Source: Octopus sinensis (lineage: Eukaryota). Taken from it: a DNA stretch of 64,000 nt. The stretch spans positions 101,060,001 through 101,124,000 of the forward strand of contig NC_043002.1 in the NCBI RefSeq assembly GCF_006345805.1. Reading direction: 5' to 3'. The notes under the pieces were generated by a model, which was given only the letters and a program-made list of their open reading frames with translations, searched no databases and had not been told where the DNA came from. Of this stretch, positions 1 through 10,944 are shown piece by piece (the first letter of the stretch is position 1; each line of letters starts with the position of its first letter). Both the position numbers and the translations under genes were made by a program.

Positions 1-102
1 CGTTAATAGATTTTTTACTGTATCTCAGTCTTTATACGCTAGGCCACTTGGTGTTTTAAAATGATGTTATTAATTAATATTCAATTTTTTACCCTTATTG
101 GG

Positions 103-174
<72 letters not shown>

Positions 175-195
175 CATACATACATATATATATTG

Positions 196-2719
196 GCGGT
201 AGTAGGAAATTGTATCAGACTACGAAAAGAGAAGCTAGGAGACAGTTTTATTTAGCCAGAGGGGAAGCAGATAAGAAAAAAATTTGCCAATGCTCTGCGC
301 CGTGAGGACCAAAGACTTGAAGTATTTCGTGCTGCAAGACAGTGTGTGCGAGAGAATCGTGATGTGGTAGGAGAGAAATGTGTCTGCATGGATGATGTTT
401 CACTTGCACTAAATGAGGATGCAAAGAGAGAGGTTTGGAGATGCCACTATGAAAGGTTGCTCAAAAAAGAGAATGAATGGGATAAAGAGAGTCTGCCGAA
501 TGTCGACCCAATAGAGGGACCAGCTATCCGAGTTGACAGTTCCATAGTAGTTAAGGCAATTAGAAGCATGAAGACAGGGAAAGCCCCAGGCCCATCAGGA
601 ATTACTGCTGAGATGTTCAAAATATCTGGCAGTGTCGGCTATAGCCTAGTCACCCGTATACTTAACCAGGTGATACATGAAGGAGTCATACCCAATGACT
701 GGTGTAGTAGCATAATAGTCAACTGCTACAAAGGTAAAGGTGATGCTCTAGATACAAGTAATTACAGAGGTATCAAGCTGTTGGATCAGGTAATGAAGGT
801 TACGGAAAGGGTCATAGCCCAGCTGATTAGGGAGAGAGTCAACCTGGACGAGATGCAGTTTGGTTTCGTGCCAGGGAAAAGCACCACCGATGCCATATTT
901 CTGGTGAGACAGCTGCAGGAGAAATACCTAGCCAAAGATAAAACTCTGTACCTGGCTTTCGTTGACTTGGAGAAAGCCTTTGACAGGGTCCCCTGATCCC
1001 TTATCTGGTGGTCAATGAGGAAACTAGGGATAGATGAATGGTTAGTGAGAGCTGTGCAAGCCATGTACAGGGACGCTGTTAGTAAGGTGAGGGTTGACAA
1101 CGAGTACAGTGAAGAATTCCGGGTTGAGGTTGGCGTCGACCAAGGCTCAGTCCTCAGCCCCCTCCTATTTATCATAGTCCTCCAGGCAATAACGGAGGAA
1201 TTCAAGAGAGGATGTCCCTGGGAGCTCCTCTATGCTGATGACTTTGCTCTAATTGCTGAGTCACTATCAGAACTGGAGGAGAAGTTTCAGACGTGGAAGC
1301 AAGGATTAGAATCGAAGGGCCTCAGAGTCAACCTAGCTAAAACCAAAGTCCTAATAAGTAGGAAGGTAGACAAATCACAAACGCCTTCGGGTAGATGGCC
1401 CTGCTCGATCTGTAGAAAAGGCGTAGGCAGGAACTCTATAAGATGCACCAAGTGTAAGCTATTGACACATACGAGGTGCAGCAATGTCAAAGGAAGGCTA
1501 ACTAGGAATATAGTTTTTGTATGTGGCAGATGCTCTGGTGCAATAAACACTGAAAATGCGCAGAGACCATCTTCCGCCACATTCCAGGGAGAAAAACTAG
1601 AAATACTTGATAGTTTCCGTTACCTAGGTGATCAAGTCAGTAGCGGAGGCGGGTGTGCCGAAAGTGTAACTGCTAGAGTAAAAATAGCCTGGGCAAAGTT
1701 CAGAGAGTTCTTACCTCAAAGGCCTCTCGCTCAGAATAAAAGGCAGACTGTATGACGCACGTGTACGAACAGCCATGCTACATGGCAGTGAAACATGGGC
1801 CGTGACTGCTGAGGATATGCGTAAGCTTGCAAGAAATGAAGCCAGTATGCTCCGATGGATGTGTAATGGCAGTGTTCATACCCGACAGAGTGTAAATGCC
1901 TTGAGAGAAAAGTTGGACTTAAGAAGCATCAGATGTGGTGTGCAAGAGGGGCGTCTACGCTGGTATGGAAACGTGGTAAGAATGGATGAAGATAGTTGTG
2001 TGAAAAAGTGCCACACCCTAGCGGTTGAGGGAACCTATGGAAGAGGTAGACCTAGGAAAACCTGGGACGAGGTGGTGAAGCACGACCTTCGCTCTTTAGG
2101 TCTCACCGAGGAAATGACCAGAGACCGAAACCTTTGGAAGTATGCTGTGCGTGAGAAGACCCGGCAGGACAAGTGAGGCCATAACCTGTGGCCCCTACCT
2201 GGGACGTAGTCAGTCCACCTGTGCATACCTTCCTTCTTGGGACACATAACTCTAATTGTGTAGACCTGTTGAGGCAAGTGAAAATCAAAAAATCAAATAA
2301 AAATCGAAATCGATCAACATCAATGGAATTTGTAGTTGTTTCCAGTGCCGGTGACACATAAGAGAGCCATCCGAACGTGGCCGTAGCCAGCACCGCATTG
2401 ACTGGCCTCCGTGCTGGTGGCAGGTAACAAACACCATCCGATCATGGCCGTTGCCAGCCTCGCTTGGCATGTAAAAATCACCATCCGAGCGTGGCCGTTC
2501 GCCAGCCTCGTCTGGCACATGTGTCGGTGGCACATAAAAAAGCACCCACTACACTCACGGAGTGGTTGGCGTTAGGAAGGGCATCCAGCTGTAGAAACAC
2601 TGCCAGATCTCACTGGCCTGGTGCAGCCTTCGGGCTTCCCAGACCCCAGTTGAACCGTCCAACCCATGCTAGCATGGAAAGCAGACGTTAAACGATGATG
2701 ATGATGATGATGATGATGA
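196..2719 (+). mobile_element. 5'-truncated RTE-clade LINE (RT with internal PHD-like finger, 3' UTR, (GAT)n tail), disabled
   Basis: ORFs 346-996 and 1015-1755 are in the same frame, separated by TGA at 994 (probable CGA>TGA). A frameshift leads to ORF 1775-2176. RT motifs seen: NYRGIKLL, QFGFVPGKSTTD, DLEKAFDRVP, QGSVLSPLLF, LYADD, MLHGSETW, GRGRPRKTW. Ends in gatgatgat repeats at ~2693-2719. Confidence 0.93.
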
Positions 2720-3776
2720 TATATATATGGTAGTAATTAATAGATTATTAAAAGCCCATAGAAATAAATGTTGCAAGGTTCAAATTACAGCTAAGTTTGC
2801 ATTATATGCAATGTAATAAACTTGGACTTCCTACAGAGTATTCCCAGCGTGCAGTAGAAAAGTTTAGGAAAAGAAGATATGACCTGACATAATCGCACAA
2901 TAAAATGCGCATTTTTCTCTATTCAGGTTAGTCTCCATTCATTTTTTGCTGACTGTGAGGTTGTTATGTGACTGGCTCGGTTGACACGTCTACTGGTGCA
3001 CAGCCAGAGAGATTTATGACTACAGTTATAATTGTAAGATACTTTGTGAACCTAATAAATAACTTAACTATTACCTTATCGACACTAAGCAATAATGTTC
3101 AATAAGAGATTAATAATAGAAGATTGTACACTGTCATCAAAGAAAGCCATCAACGTCGAGCTGGGACCAACAATGTTTAACTTTACACTGCATTCTCGAA
3201 CGCATTGATATTTTGTGTGACATAAGATACATTTTCGTGCTTTTTTAAAAACAGGGATTACTTATTCAGCAAATTGTCCGATTTCGACACATTGGTAAAA
3301 AAATTTAGTTAATGGGTTGACGATAACATTCAATATTGATCCAATGTTATGATTATATATTTTCTAGAAACATTATCAATACTGTTAGATTCTTTTCGTT
3401 TGTGTGTGTACTTAAGTGATGATTCTGCTTCCGCTTCATCAGCCACGGACATATACGTTGAGTGCACGGCTTTGTTTCATGGAACTGAACAAGTTCTGGT
3501 TTCCCCTAGGAATCGGAATGCGTTTTCTAATTTTTTTTCCTATCGTTATAAAATAATTATTGGACATTCCAACCTCTTTCCTAATTATACTACCTACTTT
3601 TTTTTTGTAGTAACCACATATATCATTCTTTTTGTAAACAGATGCATTGTGGTGGTATTTGCGGCATTGTGTAATATGATAATCCCGAGTCACGGATCAG
3701 CTTCTCAAACCAATACAATTTTACCATTTTGCATTGTTTGATTTGCATTCAAGAACATAATTAATCCTTTCTATTG

Positions 3777-3912
3777 GGGGTACTTGGCCTCGAATTTGGG
3801 GATAGGGATTAAGTCGATTACATCGACCTCAGTGCCTAAATGGTACTTATTTAATCGATCACCAAAAGATGAAAAGCAAAGTCGACCTCGGACCGTAACG
3901 GCAGACGAAATA
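3777..3912 (-). mobile_element. tRNA-derived SINE with Deu/Nin-like core, older copy, interrupted at 3912
   Basis: Contains the core aaggatgaaaggcaaagtcgacctcgg-like sequence on + strand and stops at gcagacgaaata, where a second SINE tail begins. Confidence 0.75.
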
Positions 3913-4146
3913 TCTATTTCATTACTACCCACAAGGGGCTAAACACAGAGAGGACAAACAAGGACAGACAAACGGATTAAGTCGATTATATCGACCGCAG
4001 TGCGTAACTGGTACTTATTTAATCGACCCCGAAAGGATGAAAGGTAAAGTCGACCTCGGCGGAATTTGAAATCAGAACGCAGCGGCGGTCGAAATACCAC
4101 AAATCACATCCCCGGCGTGCTAATGATTCTGCCAGCTCGCTGCCTT
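3913..4146 (-). mobile_element. tRNA-derived SINE, tailed subfamily
   Basis: Tail (tatttcattactacccacaaggggctaaacacagagagg), core and head (ctgccagctcgctgcctt); matches the copy at 25196-25428. Confidence 0.85.
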
Positions 4147-4149
4147 TAC

Positions 4150-4334
4150 CTATTTCTTTACTACCCACAAGGGGCTAAACACAGAGAGGACAAACAAGGA
4201 TAGACAAATGGAATAAGTCGATTATATCGACCCCAGTGCGTAACTGGTACTTATTTAATCAACCCTGAAAGAATGAAAGGCAAACTCGACCTCGGCGAAA
4301 TTTGAACTCAGAACATAGCGGCAGACGAAATACG
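4150..4334 (-). mobile_element. Tailed SINE, 3' part; split by the Tx1 insertion (5' part at 9694-9755)
   Basis: Tail and core run to cagacgaaatacg (4322-4334). The SINE resumes at 9694 with the same 13-mer followed by gctacgcatttcgcccggcgtgctaacgtttctgccagctcaccgcctt. Confidence 0.88.
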
Positions 4335-4578
4335 AATTTCTTTATTGCCCACCGGGGGCCAAACATAGATATGGACAGTACAACTGATGGGATCAGTGAA
4401 TCGATATGATTTTACATAAATGTGACATCAAAAATAAAATACAATACATAAAAATCGAATGGAATACACAGTACAAAAACAATACAAATGAAGCGATGAT
4501 CAAGTTACGCTCCGATCCCACAAGCCCCGATCTACCGCTGATACCTTTTTATTTTTCCTTTTTTTTTTTTTTCCTCGT

Positions 4579-7500
4579 CTATTCACACGGTTCCTTGCAC
4601 GCACAACACTCGTGCAACATACTTCCATCTCTTTGGAACGTACACTCTGACAGACACCTCTTCTCCAGCCACAGTTTCCTTTTCAAATGAAAAGAAAAAA
4701 AGGATCGTAAATTGTCACCAGAGATAAAGTTGCCTGTCTTAATTCCTTTTATCCTAGTATTCCATACAGCCTCTTTTGCTATTGCTACAACTGTGAGAAA
4801 ACAATTCTTACCTTCGTTCGTTAGAACTCCCGGTGGGTCAATTTTTATAATTGACTCAGTCGACAGCCGTACTCTTCCTTCGCCGGACAACAGATGTTCA
4901 GCATAAGCCCACATTTCAGTTATCTCCGGACACTGAACAATAGCGTGAGGGACGGTTTCCCTGTCCCCCCCCCCGCATCTTGGACAGGTCGGCGACTGAC
5001 GTTTACCATGTCTTGCGAGCTTATCCCAAACGGGCAAGGCACCTCTGTAGCATTGCCAGGTTAAGGACTTTTGGAAGTTGTCCAACGTTCTCAACCCGAA
5101 TGTACGATGAAAAAGCTGTCCAGTTGAATAAATCCGAGACCTAGAGTCGACCCCAGGCCATCGTCGCATTCAGACTCTACCAACCCACTATATAAAATCC
5201 GTGTGGAACCCCCACCGCTGGCGTTGCCCGAGCGCCGGAACAGCAAGAGGGCCTTACGGCACTCTTTATGCCACTCACTCGACCTCGGTCTACGAGAACA
5301 CCAGGCTTCCTGTTCGCAAAAACTCTTGAACTCAGGGAACATTTGTCTGGCCAGCGGAGACCACACCCGTTCACTATCCAGGAGAATCCAGAGGTGCCTC
5401 AACCTCAACGCATGTCTGCGCATCATTAACCAAGGCATCCCTAAACCTCCATTTAAAGGCTTTTGACAGCAGACAGAGCGTTTCACAAGTGGCGACCTGC
5501 CCTTCCACAAAAAGCGAAAGAGCTGTCTCTCCAACCTGATCAACCACGAATCCGGACAGGGCACGACAGTCAGGCGGTAGGTAATGACCGATGCGATAAA
5601 CACATTGGCCACTTCCGCCCTCCCTTTCAGGGATAGCCACCGCCAAGACCAGGTCTTGACTACTGCAGCCACCCTGCTCAATACCTCCGTCCAGTTCTTC
5701 TCTATCTGGAGGCCTGGTCCAAACCAGACTCCCAGCAACTTAACCGGTCCCTCCGTCCAGCGCCTAACAACACTGTCTGAAGGCATCGACTTGCCAACCC
5801 AGGTGCCGAGCTGCAAGCCGACCGACTTTTCCCGGTTAATCTTTGCTCCTGCTACCTCCTCGTAAGCCTCAATAGTCTTACCTACTTCACGTAGGCGTGC
5901 CACTGTGGTTACACTGATAGTGATATCATCCGCGAAAGCCGTAACAAACTCCTCTAGTCCTGGTTCTCTCGGGATGCCACTCAACCTTTGCAGTAATGGC
6001 TCGAGAGCCATCACATACAAAAGTGGTGAAAGCGGACATCCTTGACGAACCGAGCGTCTGATGCAGAACGGCTTCGAAAGGAAACCGTTCACCCGAACTA
6101 TCGAGTCAATGTTGTGGTACAAAGCGATAAACCACCTGAGGAAGCCAAGGCCCAGGCCAAACCGCGCAAGTACAGTCGCTAGGTATCGATGGTCAACCCT
6201 ATCAAAAGCTTTAGACTGGTCCAAATGCACCAATGCCCCACCTTTGCCAGATTTATTACCAAACCTCTCTATGGTATAGCGAATAAGATGGAGGGTATCC
6301 TGAATGGTTCTGCCTGGGATGGCACATGTCTGTGCCTCCCCGACTATACCATTCGCGACACGCGCCAACCTTTTTGCTAGAACCTTGGCCAAAATCTTCA
6401 CTTCTGCGTTTAACAGAGTGATGGGCCTGAAATTCTCTAGAACGTCCCCCTTGTCCGGGTCCTTTCTGACCAACGTCACTACTCCCCGGCGCACAGATCT
6501 GGGGATAAACCCATTCTGTTTCCAGTTCGCGTACACGTCAGTCAGTAGTTGCCCGAACAAGTCTGGCATACATTTATACAGCTCGTACGGAAGACCATCA
6601 AGTCCCGGTGACTTACCCGCTTTACAATCGGCCAAAGCCTCCATCACCTCCTCAAGTGTGATTGGCCCTTCGCAAGACTCCGCATCCGACCCCGAGAGGC
6701 ACGGCAGCCCGGTAAGAAAGTCCTCGAGGGCTCTCCCACCACCAGGACCGCCGTCACCCCCGAACAGCTGGGCGAAGTACTCCCGAAAGACCTCACACAT
6801 TTTCTCGGGTTCGTTTATCAAGACACCATTTTGATTCGTCAAAGACCGAATAGAGGAACTATTTCCTTGCCGAGCTTCCACCACTCGGGCCCATCCAGCG
6901 GCTTTGATTCCTTCACTTCCCATTGCACGTAACTTAGCTCTGGTAATACTTCCCATGTGGTGGGCTTCAAGATGCTGGTTTAACTCCAGTCTTTTCACCC
7001 TCGCTTGGTCTGTATTACCAGTCCTCCAGGCTTCTTCTAGTTCCTTAACTAGACCATCTCCTATTTTACGTCCCTTCTTAGCTAAACTTATGCTAAACCT
7101 AATAGACTCATATTTGATGGCTCTTTTTAGGGCGTACCACCATTTGTTATTAATGATGGTACCTGTTAATGCCCTCTGTATTAACATCTTGATCCGCTTT
7201 CTGTACTCCTCAATCGCCAAAAGGGACGTATTGAGTTTCCAGTAGCCAGATCCCTGTCTATGCAACTTATCTACCGTCAGTTTACAGGTAACCATCTTGT
7301 GGTCACTGTAGCTGACTAGAAAAAACTGTGGACACTCAACTATGGACTTATCTTTTTCTCTAATTAAAATCCTATCTAGATATGTTCTGGTAGACCCGTC
7401 ACTATTTGACCACGTCCACTGTGGAGTGTTCGGGTGCTCCAACCTATATGGATCTGCTAGCTGAAATTGACTTAGCAGATCCCGAAAGCCTGTGTTACAT

Positions 7501-7988
7501 TTTCTGTTCATGTTCGAGTTTGAGCCAACACAATCTGTGTGTGCTGCACATATTGTATTAGAGTCTCCTAACACTACTAGTGAATGCGACGTGGCTAGGA
7601 ACTTTCCTAGGCCACGAAAATATTCAGTTTGCGGGCCAATAATGTTTGGTGCATAAATAGCGACCAGCCTGATTGTCTTGCCACAACTGAATGTCAAGTC
7701 GAGAACGACCAGCCTGCCTTCTGGGTCAGAAAAAACCAACTTTTTCTCGGCTACCCGGTTTCTTTTTAGTAGGACCAACACCCCACCCCCACCTCCCGCC
7801 CGACTCGGAGAAACGTATTTCTCGTAGCCGTTCAGGAGGGGGAGCAGATCTCTTGGCCCCTTCACCCGGGTTTCCGTTGCAACAATTACATCCAAATTTC
7901 TCGACCTGATGTCATTCAGAAAGCGTCCTTGCTTCCAGCTTGACAACAGGCCATGAACATTTAAACAACCAATGTGAATAGCCATCAC
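4579..7988 (-). CDS. Tx1 ORF2 (AP endonuclease + reverse transcriptase + C-terminal CxxC...H zinc motif), one frameshift at ~5110-5114
   Basis: ORF 5091-7988 has HIGCLNVHGL, LGDSN, YLDRI, SDHKMV, RPITLLNAEVKILAK, KAFDRV, QGCPLSPLLY and FADD. ORF 4579-5169 has CPRCGGGDRETVPHAIVQC. Adding 1 nt to the A5 run fuses them into ~1136 aa. Confidence 0.9.
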
Positions 7989-9526
7989 TTACCTGTTTAA
8001 TTAGGATTGTCCGGTGGAGGGGTCCCTCCACCTTTTTTTTATCCAGGGTCGGAGGTGGACGGTCTTGGGAAATAGATTTGTCAAAATCCCGTCTCACCAC
8101 CGACACAGAATTATCAGGTGGAGGGGGAATCTCCACCTTTTCCTTTTCTCGCGGGATCGGAGCTGGTAATCCATGAAATATCGACTTGTTAAAATCTAAT
8201 CTCAATGAAGATACAGTCTTTCTGTACTTATTTTGTAGAATTCTATAAGTCTTATTTGAGACTTCATATATGTCGTAATTGATAAATTCCTCTGAAAGGT
8301 TATCAATTTTTTTTACAGTCTTTATGAGTTGAATGTCTCTCATGAGCTCAGTATCTTTAGTGTATACGGCTATTATGCCTTTTTCTTCTTTTTCTCTTCT
8401 GGCAGTCTTTTTTGGTCGTTGTTCTGTAGTAGTCGCCGCTCTCGGCTGGGTTGCTGGTTGTATTTTTCTTTTGTTTGTTGTTTTTTTCTCATCTGTTTCT
8501 TCTTTATCTTCTTCCTCTTTGTCTTTTTTCTCCTCTTCCTCCTCTTCTTCATTTTCCTTGCAGTTCCTTCGAATGTGGCCTAATTGACCACATAAAAAAC
8601 ATCGAGGTTTTCGGCCCTCAACAAACACCACGAGGTTCTCCTCCCCTACCTCAATTGTCTCAGGAATTGTTTGAATTATTTTAGGGTCCGCTTGAATGAG
8701 AAGATTAATTGTTTGACCATCCCAGCGTGGGTTTTCCGTAGCGGTAGCCTGGAGGAGAGTAATTTTTTCTACCTCTTTGATTAGGACTGCCGCCAACAAC
8801 CACATAGGTTCGACCTCTGGCGGGACCCTTGTAATTTTTATTCGCGACGTCCTCATCCCCATATAATAGGGTATTAACTCCACGTCGTTCGTTTTCAACG
8901 TTTCAACTGAGTTCTTGTGTGCTATTTCTTTATTGGTGAACCTTACTTCCACCGTTCCGAATTTTTTTCCTCTTCTCAGAAATACTACGTCGCCCAATAT
9001 TGGCTTTAAGCACTTTTCTATTTTCTCTTCTGACATTCTTTCAATTTTTCTATGTTGTAGACAATATGTTTTGAAAATTATTGTTTTTTGCTTTTCTTCC
9101 TGTAATAACTTTTGCGGAGGTTCAATTTTCACACTGTTGTCAGTTATTTCCATCATTTTTGCTGTATTTCATAATTTCGCTTTTATTCGTCGACAGTATC
9201 TGGGTTCCACCCCCAGCAGCCAACGCAAAACTTTTTTTTCCATTTTTTGGTTCTATCTGGATGCTAGGCACATCAATTATTCTCTTCGACACAATGCCTT
9301 TGTTCTCTGGCAAAGTCGGAAACTCTTCTGGTGAAAGTTCTGACGAGCTCTCAGACACATCTCCAAAAATATCAAATATATTATCCTCTCTGCTATTCCT
9401 TCTTGTAGCGGGGGAAACCCCTATTTCCTTGTCTGTAGTTGGCTCCTCGCCGGACATGTATTTCCTCCTCTCAACAGGAGAAACAAGTATTTCTGCTCCA
9501 ACGGTAGGCTCCATGCTAGACGACAT
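7912..9526 (-). CDS. Tx1 ORF1 (RRM-like region + CCHC zinc knuckle), one frameshift at ~9156-9160
   Basis: ORFs 9140-9526 and 7912-9156; knuckle CFLCGQLGHIRRNC. Removing 1 nt from the T5 run fuses them into ~537 aa. Overlaps the ORF2 start by 77 nt. Confidence 0.82.
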
Positions 9527-9693
9527 TCATCCCCCCAAAGGGGGAATGAACAACGCGTGCTACCACAAGCACTAAGTGTTTTCAATTGAAAACTCCAACA
9601 GTTAAGTTATTCAACAGTTTAACAAGAAACAACAGTTGTTAACAATATTAACACCACGAAACAGCAATTCTTACTTCACGAACACATGTGCGA

Positions 9694-9755
9694 CAGACGA
9701 AATACGGCTACGCATTTCGCCCGGCGTGCTAACGTTTCTGCCAGCTCACCGCCTT
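9694..9755 (-). mobile_element. SINE 5' head (A-box part) left behind by the Tx1 insertion
   Basis: Reverse complement aaggcggtgagcTGGCAGAAACGttagcacgccgggcgaaatgcgtagccgtatttcgtctg matches the head of the SINE at 25196. Confidence 0.88.
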
Positions 9756-9756
9756 A

Positions 9757-10330
9757 TTTAAAAGCATAATTAATACCTCCGTTTTTGTTTTTTCTGGGAT
9801 GTATGATTTGAAGGGGCGGCTCCTCATCCGCCATTAATTCAACCAAATCGTGGTTCATTTCTCGTATCATACTTATAACGTTTTCCTTTGTGATCCCAGG
9901 ATCAACGTGGTGTAACAGCACGGATTTCGTCATTGTAGAAAATTGATGCTTTGGCAAAGCATCAAGGGCATCATATCTTTGTCTGAAGGGAAATTTTCAA
10001 GAATAATTCCATTCAGTGGTTTTTTTTGTACTTACCATTAGAATTGTTTTCCAAGCCTTTCAATGATTTCGTTTGCCGTGTTCTCAGAATCATTCGTAGA
10101 TAATATTAATAATACTGATAATATCTATCAGGATGAGATTCTTTTAGTTAATGGTTTTTCACTCTTAATCATAGGTTCAGCGTAAATATTTTACTTAATA
10201 GCGTCCGAGAGAACCTCGTTCATTTGATTCGTTTGCTCCTTTAATTCAAAAATCTCTGACATGGGTTTTCCTTATTTCGATACCTTTTCTACTATTTGAA
10301 AGTTCATATAACCAACGAAAGTTGGTTTTG
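9757..10330 (-). mobile_element. Degenerate LINE ORF1/gag-like remnant
   Basis: ORF 9754-9957 (VLLHHVDPGITKENVISMIREMN) and upstream broken frames resemble LINE ORF1 sequence; judged by recognition only. Confidence 0.4.
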
Positions 10331-10801
10331 TTTCACAGCTCAACACTTCGATCATTGCACATATATTTTGCTGTCTATCCCCATCTCTTATACCTTCTCC
10401 TCCTGAAAGGGTAGCTACAAAGATGTAAAAGATATAAAGACTAGAGTATAAAATATTATTTATAAGAAAGAATTTTAAAATCTTTTATGGCTGTTTTTCC
10501 GCTTTCGACAATTTTTCGACACGTAAGCAATGAGAGTTGCTTTTGTTCTTTCACCCACTTCTTGTTCTGTTTTTGCACATATCTGTTGCTGTCTATCCTG
10601 TTGCTTTCCATCTTGAAGTGTCCCTCCTCATGAGAGAGTAGATTACACAGTATCTCAAAACTGGAATATACAATAATATTATTTATCAGATGTGTTGCTA
10701 ACCCCGCAACACATTTCGGAATTTTTATATTCCGAAATACTATATCAGACTATAGATGATTAAATTACAACAGTTATTTAAGTGCATTGTTGTTGTTATA
10801 G

Positions 10802-10944
10802 TAGTACTAAAGAGCGTAACGTCCCAAGAAAACACTACAGGGGTCTGACGAAATCCGGCTTCCCCGTCCCAGGCTGTGACGGGGAAGCCGGATTTCGTCA
10901 GACCGCCGTAGTGTTTTCTCGGGATGTTACGCTCTTTAGTACTA
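10802..10944. repeat. 143-bp near-perfect palindrome (fold-back/MITE-like), TA at both ends
   Basis: 67-nt arms 10802-10868 and 10878-10944 with 4 mismatches and a short central loop. Confidence 0.9.

Larger units (their letters stand above)
4335..9693 (-). mobile_element. Full-length Tx1/L1-clade non-LTR retrotransposon with 13-bp TSD (cagacgaaatacg)
   Basis: About 165-nt 5' UTR, ORF1 with CCHC knuckle, ORF2 APE-RT-zinc motif, and a 3' end AATAAAgaaatt on the minus strand. Identical 13-mers at 4322-4334 and 9694-9706. Confidence 0.93.

Noticed and set aside
2927-3031. Exon-like segment (ttcag|...|gtaag) that might be a third gene copy
   Set aside because: Stops in all three frames and no similarity to any exon or intron of genes A or B.
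2750-3750. ORF 3349-3741 and possible minus-strand RT remnant (VIPVFKK)
   Set aside because: No recognisable product or splice context; the RT resemblance rests on one short motif.
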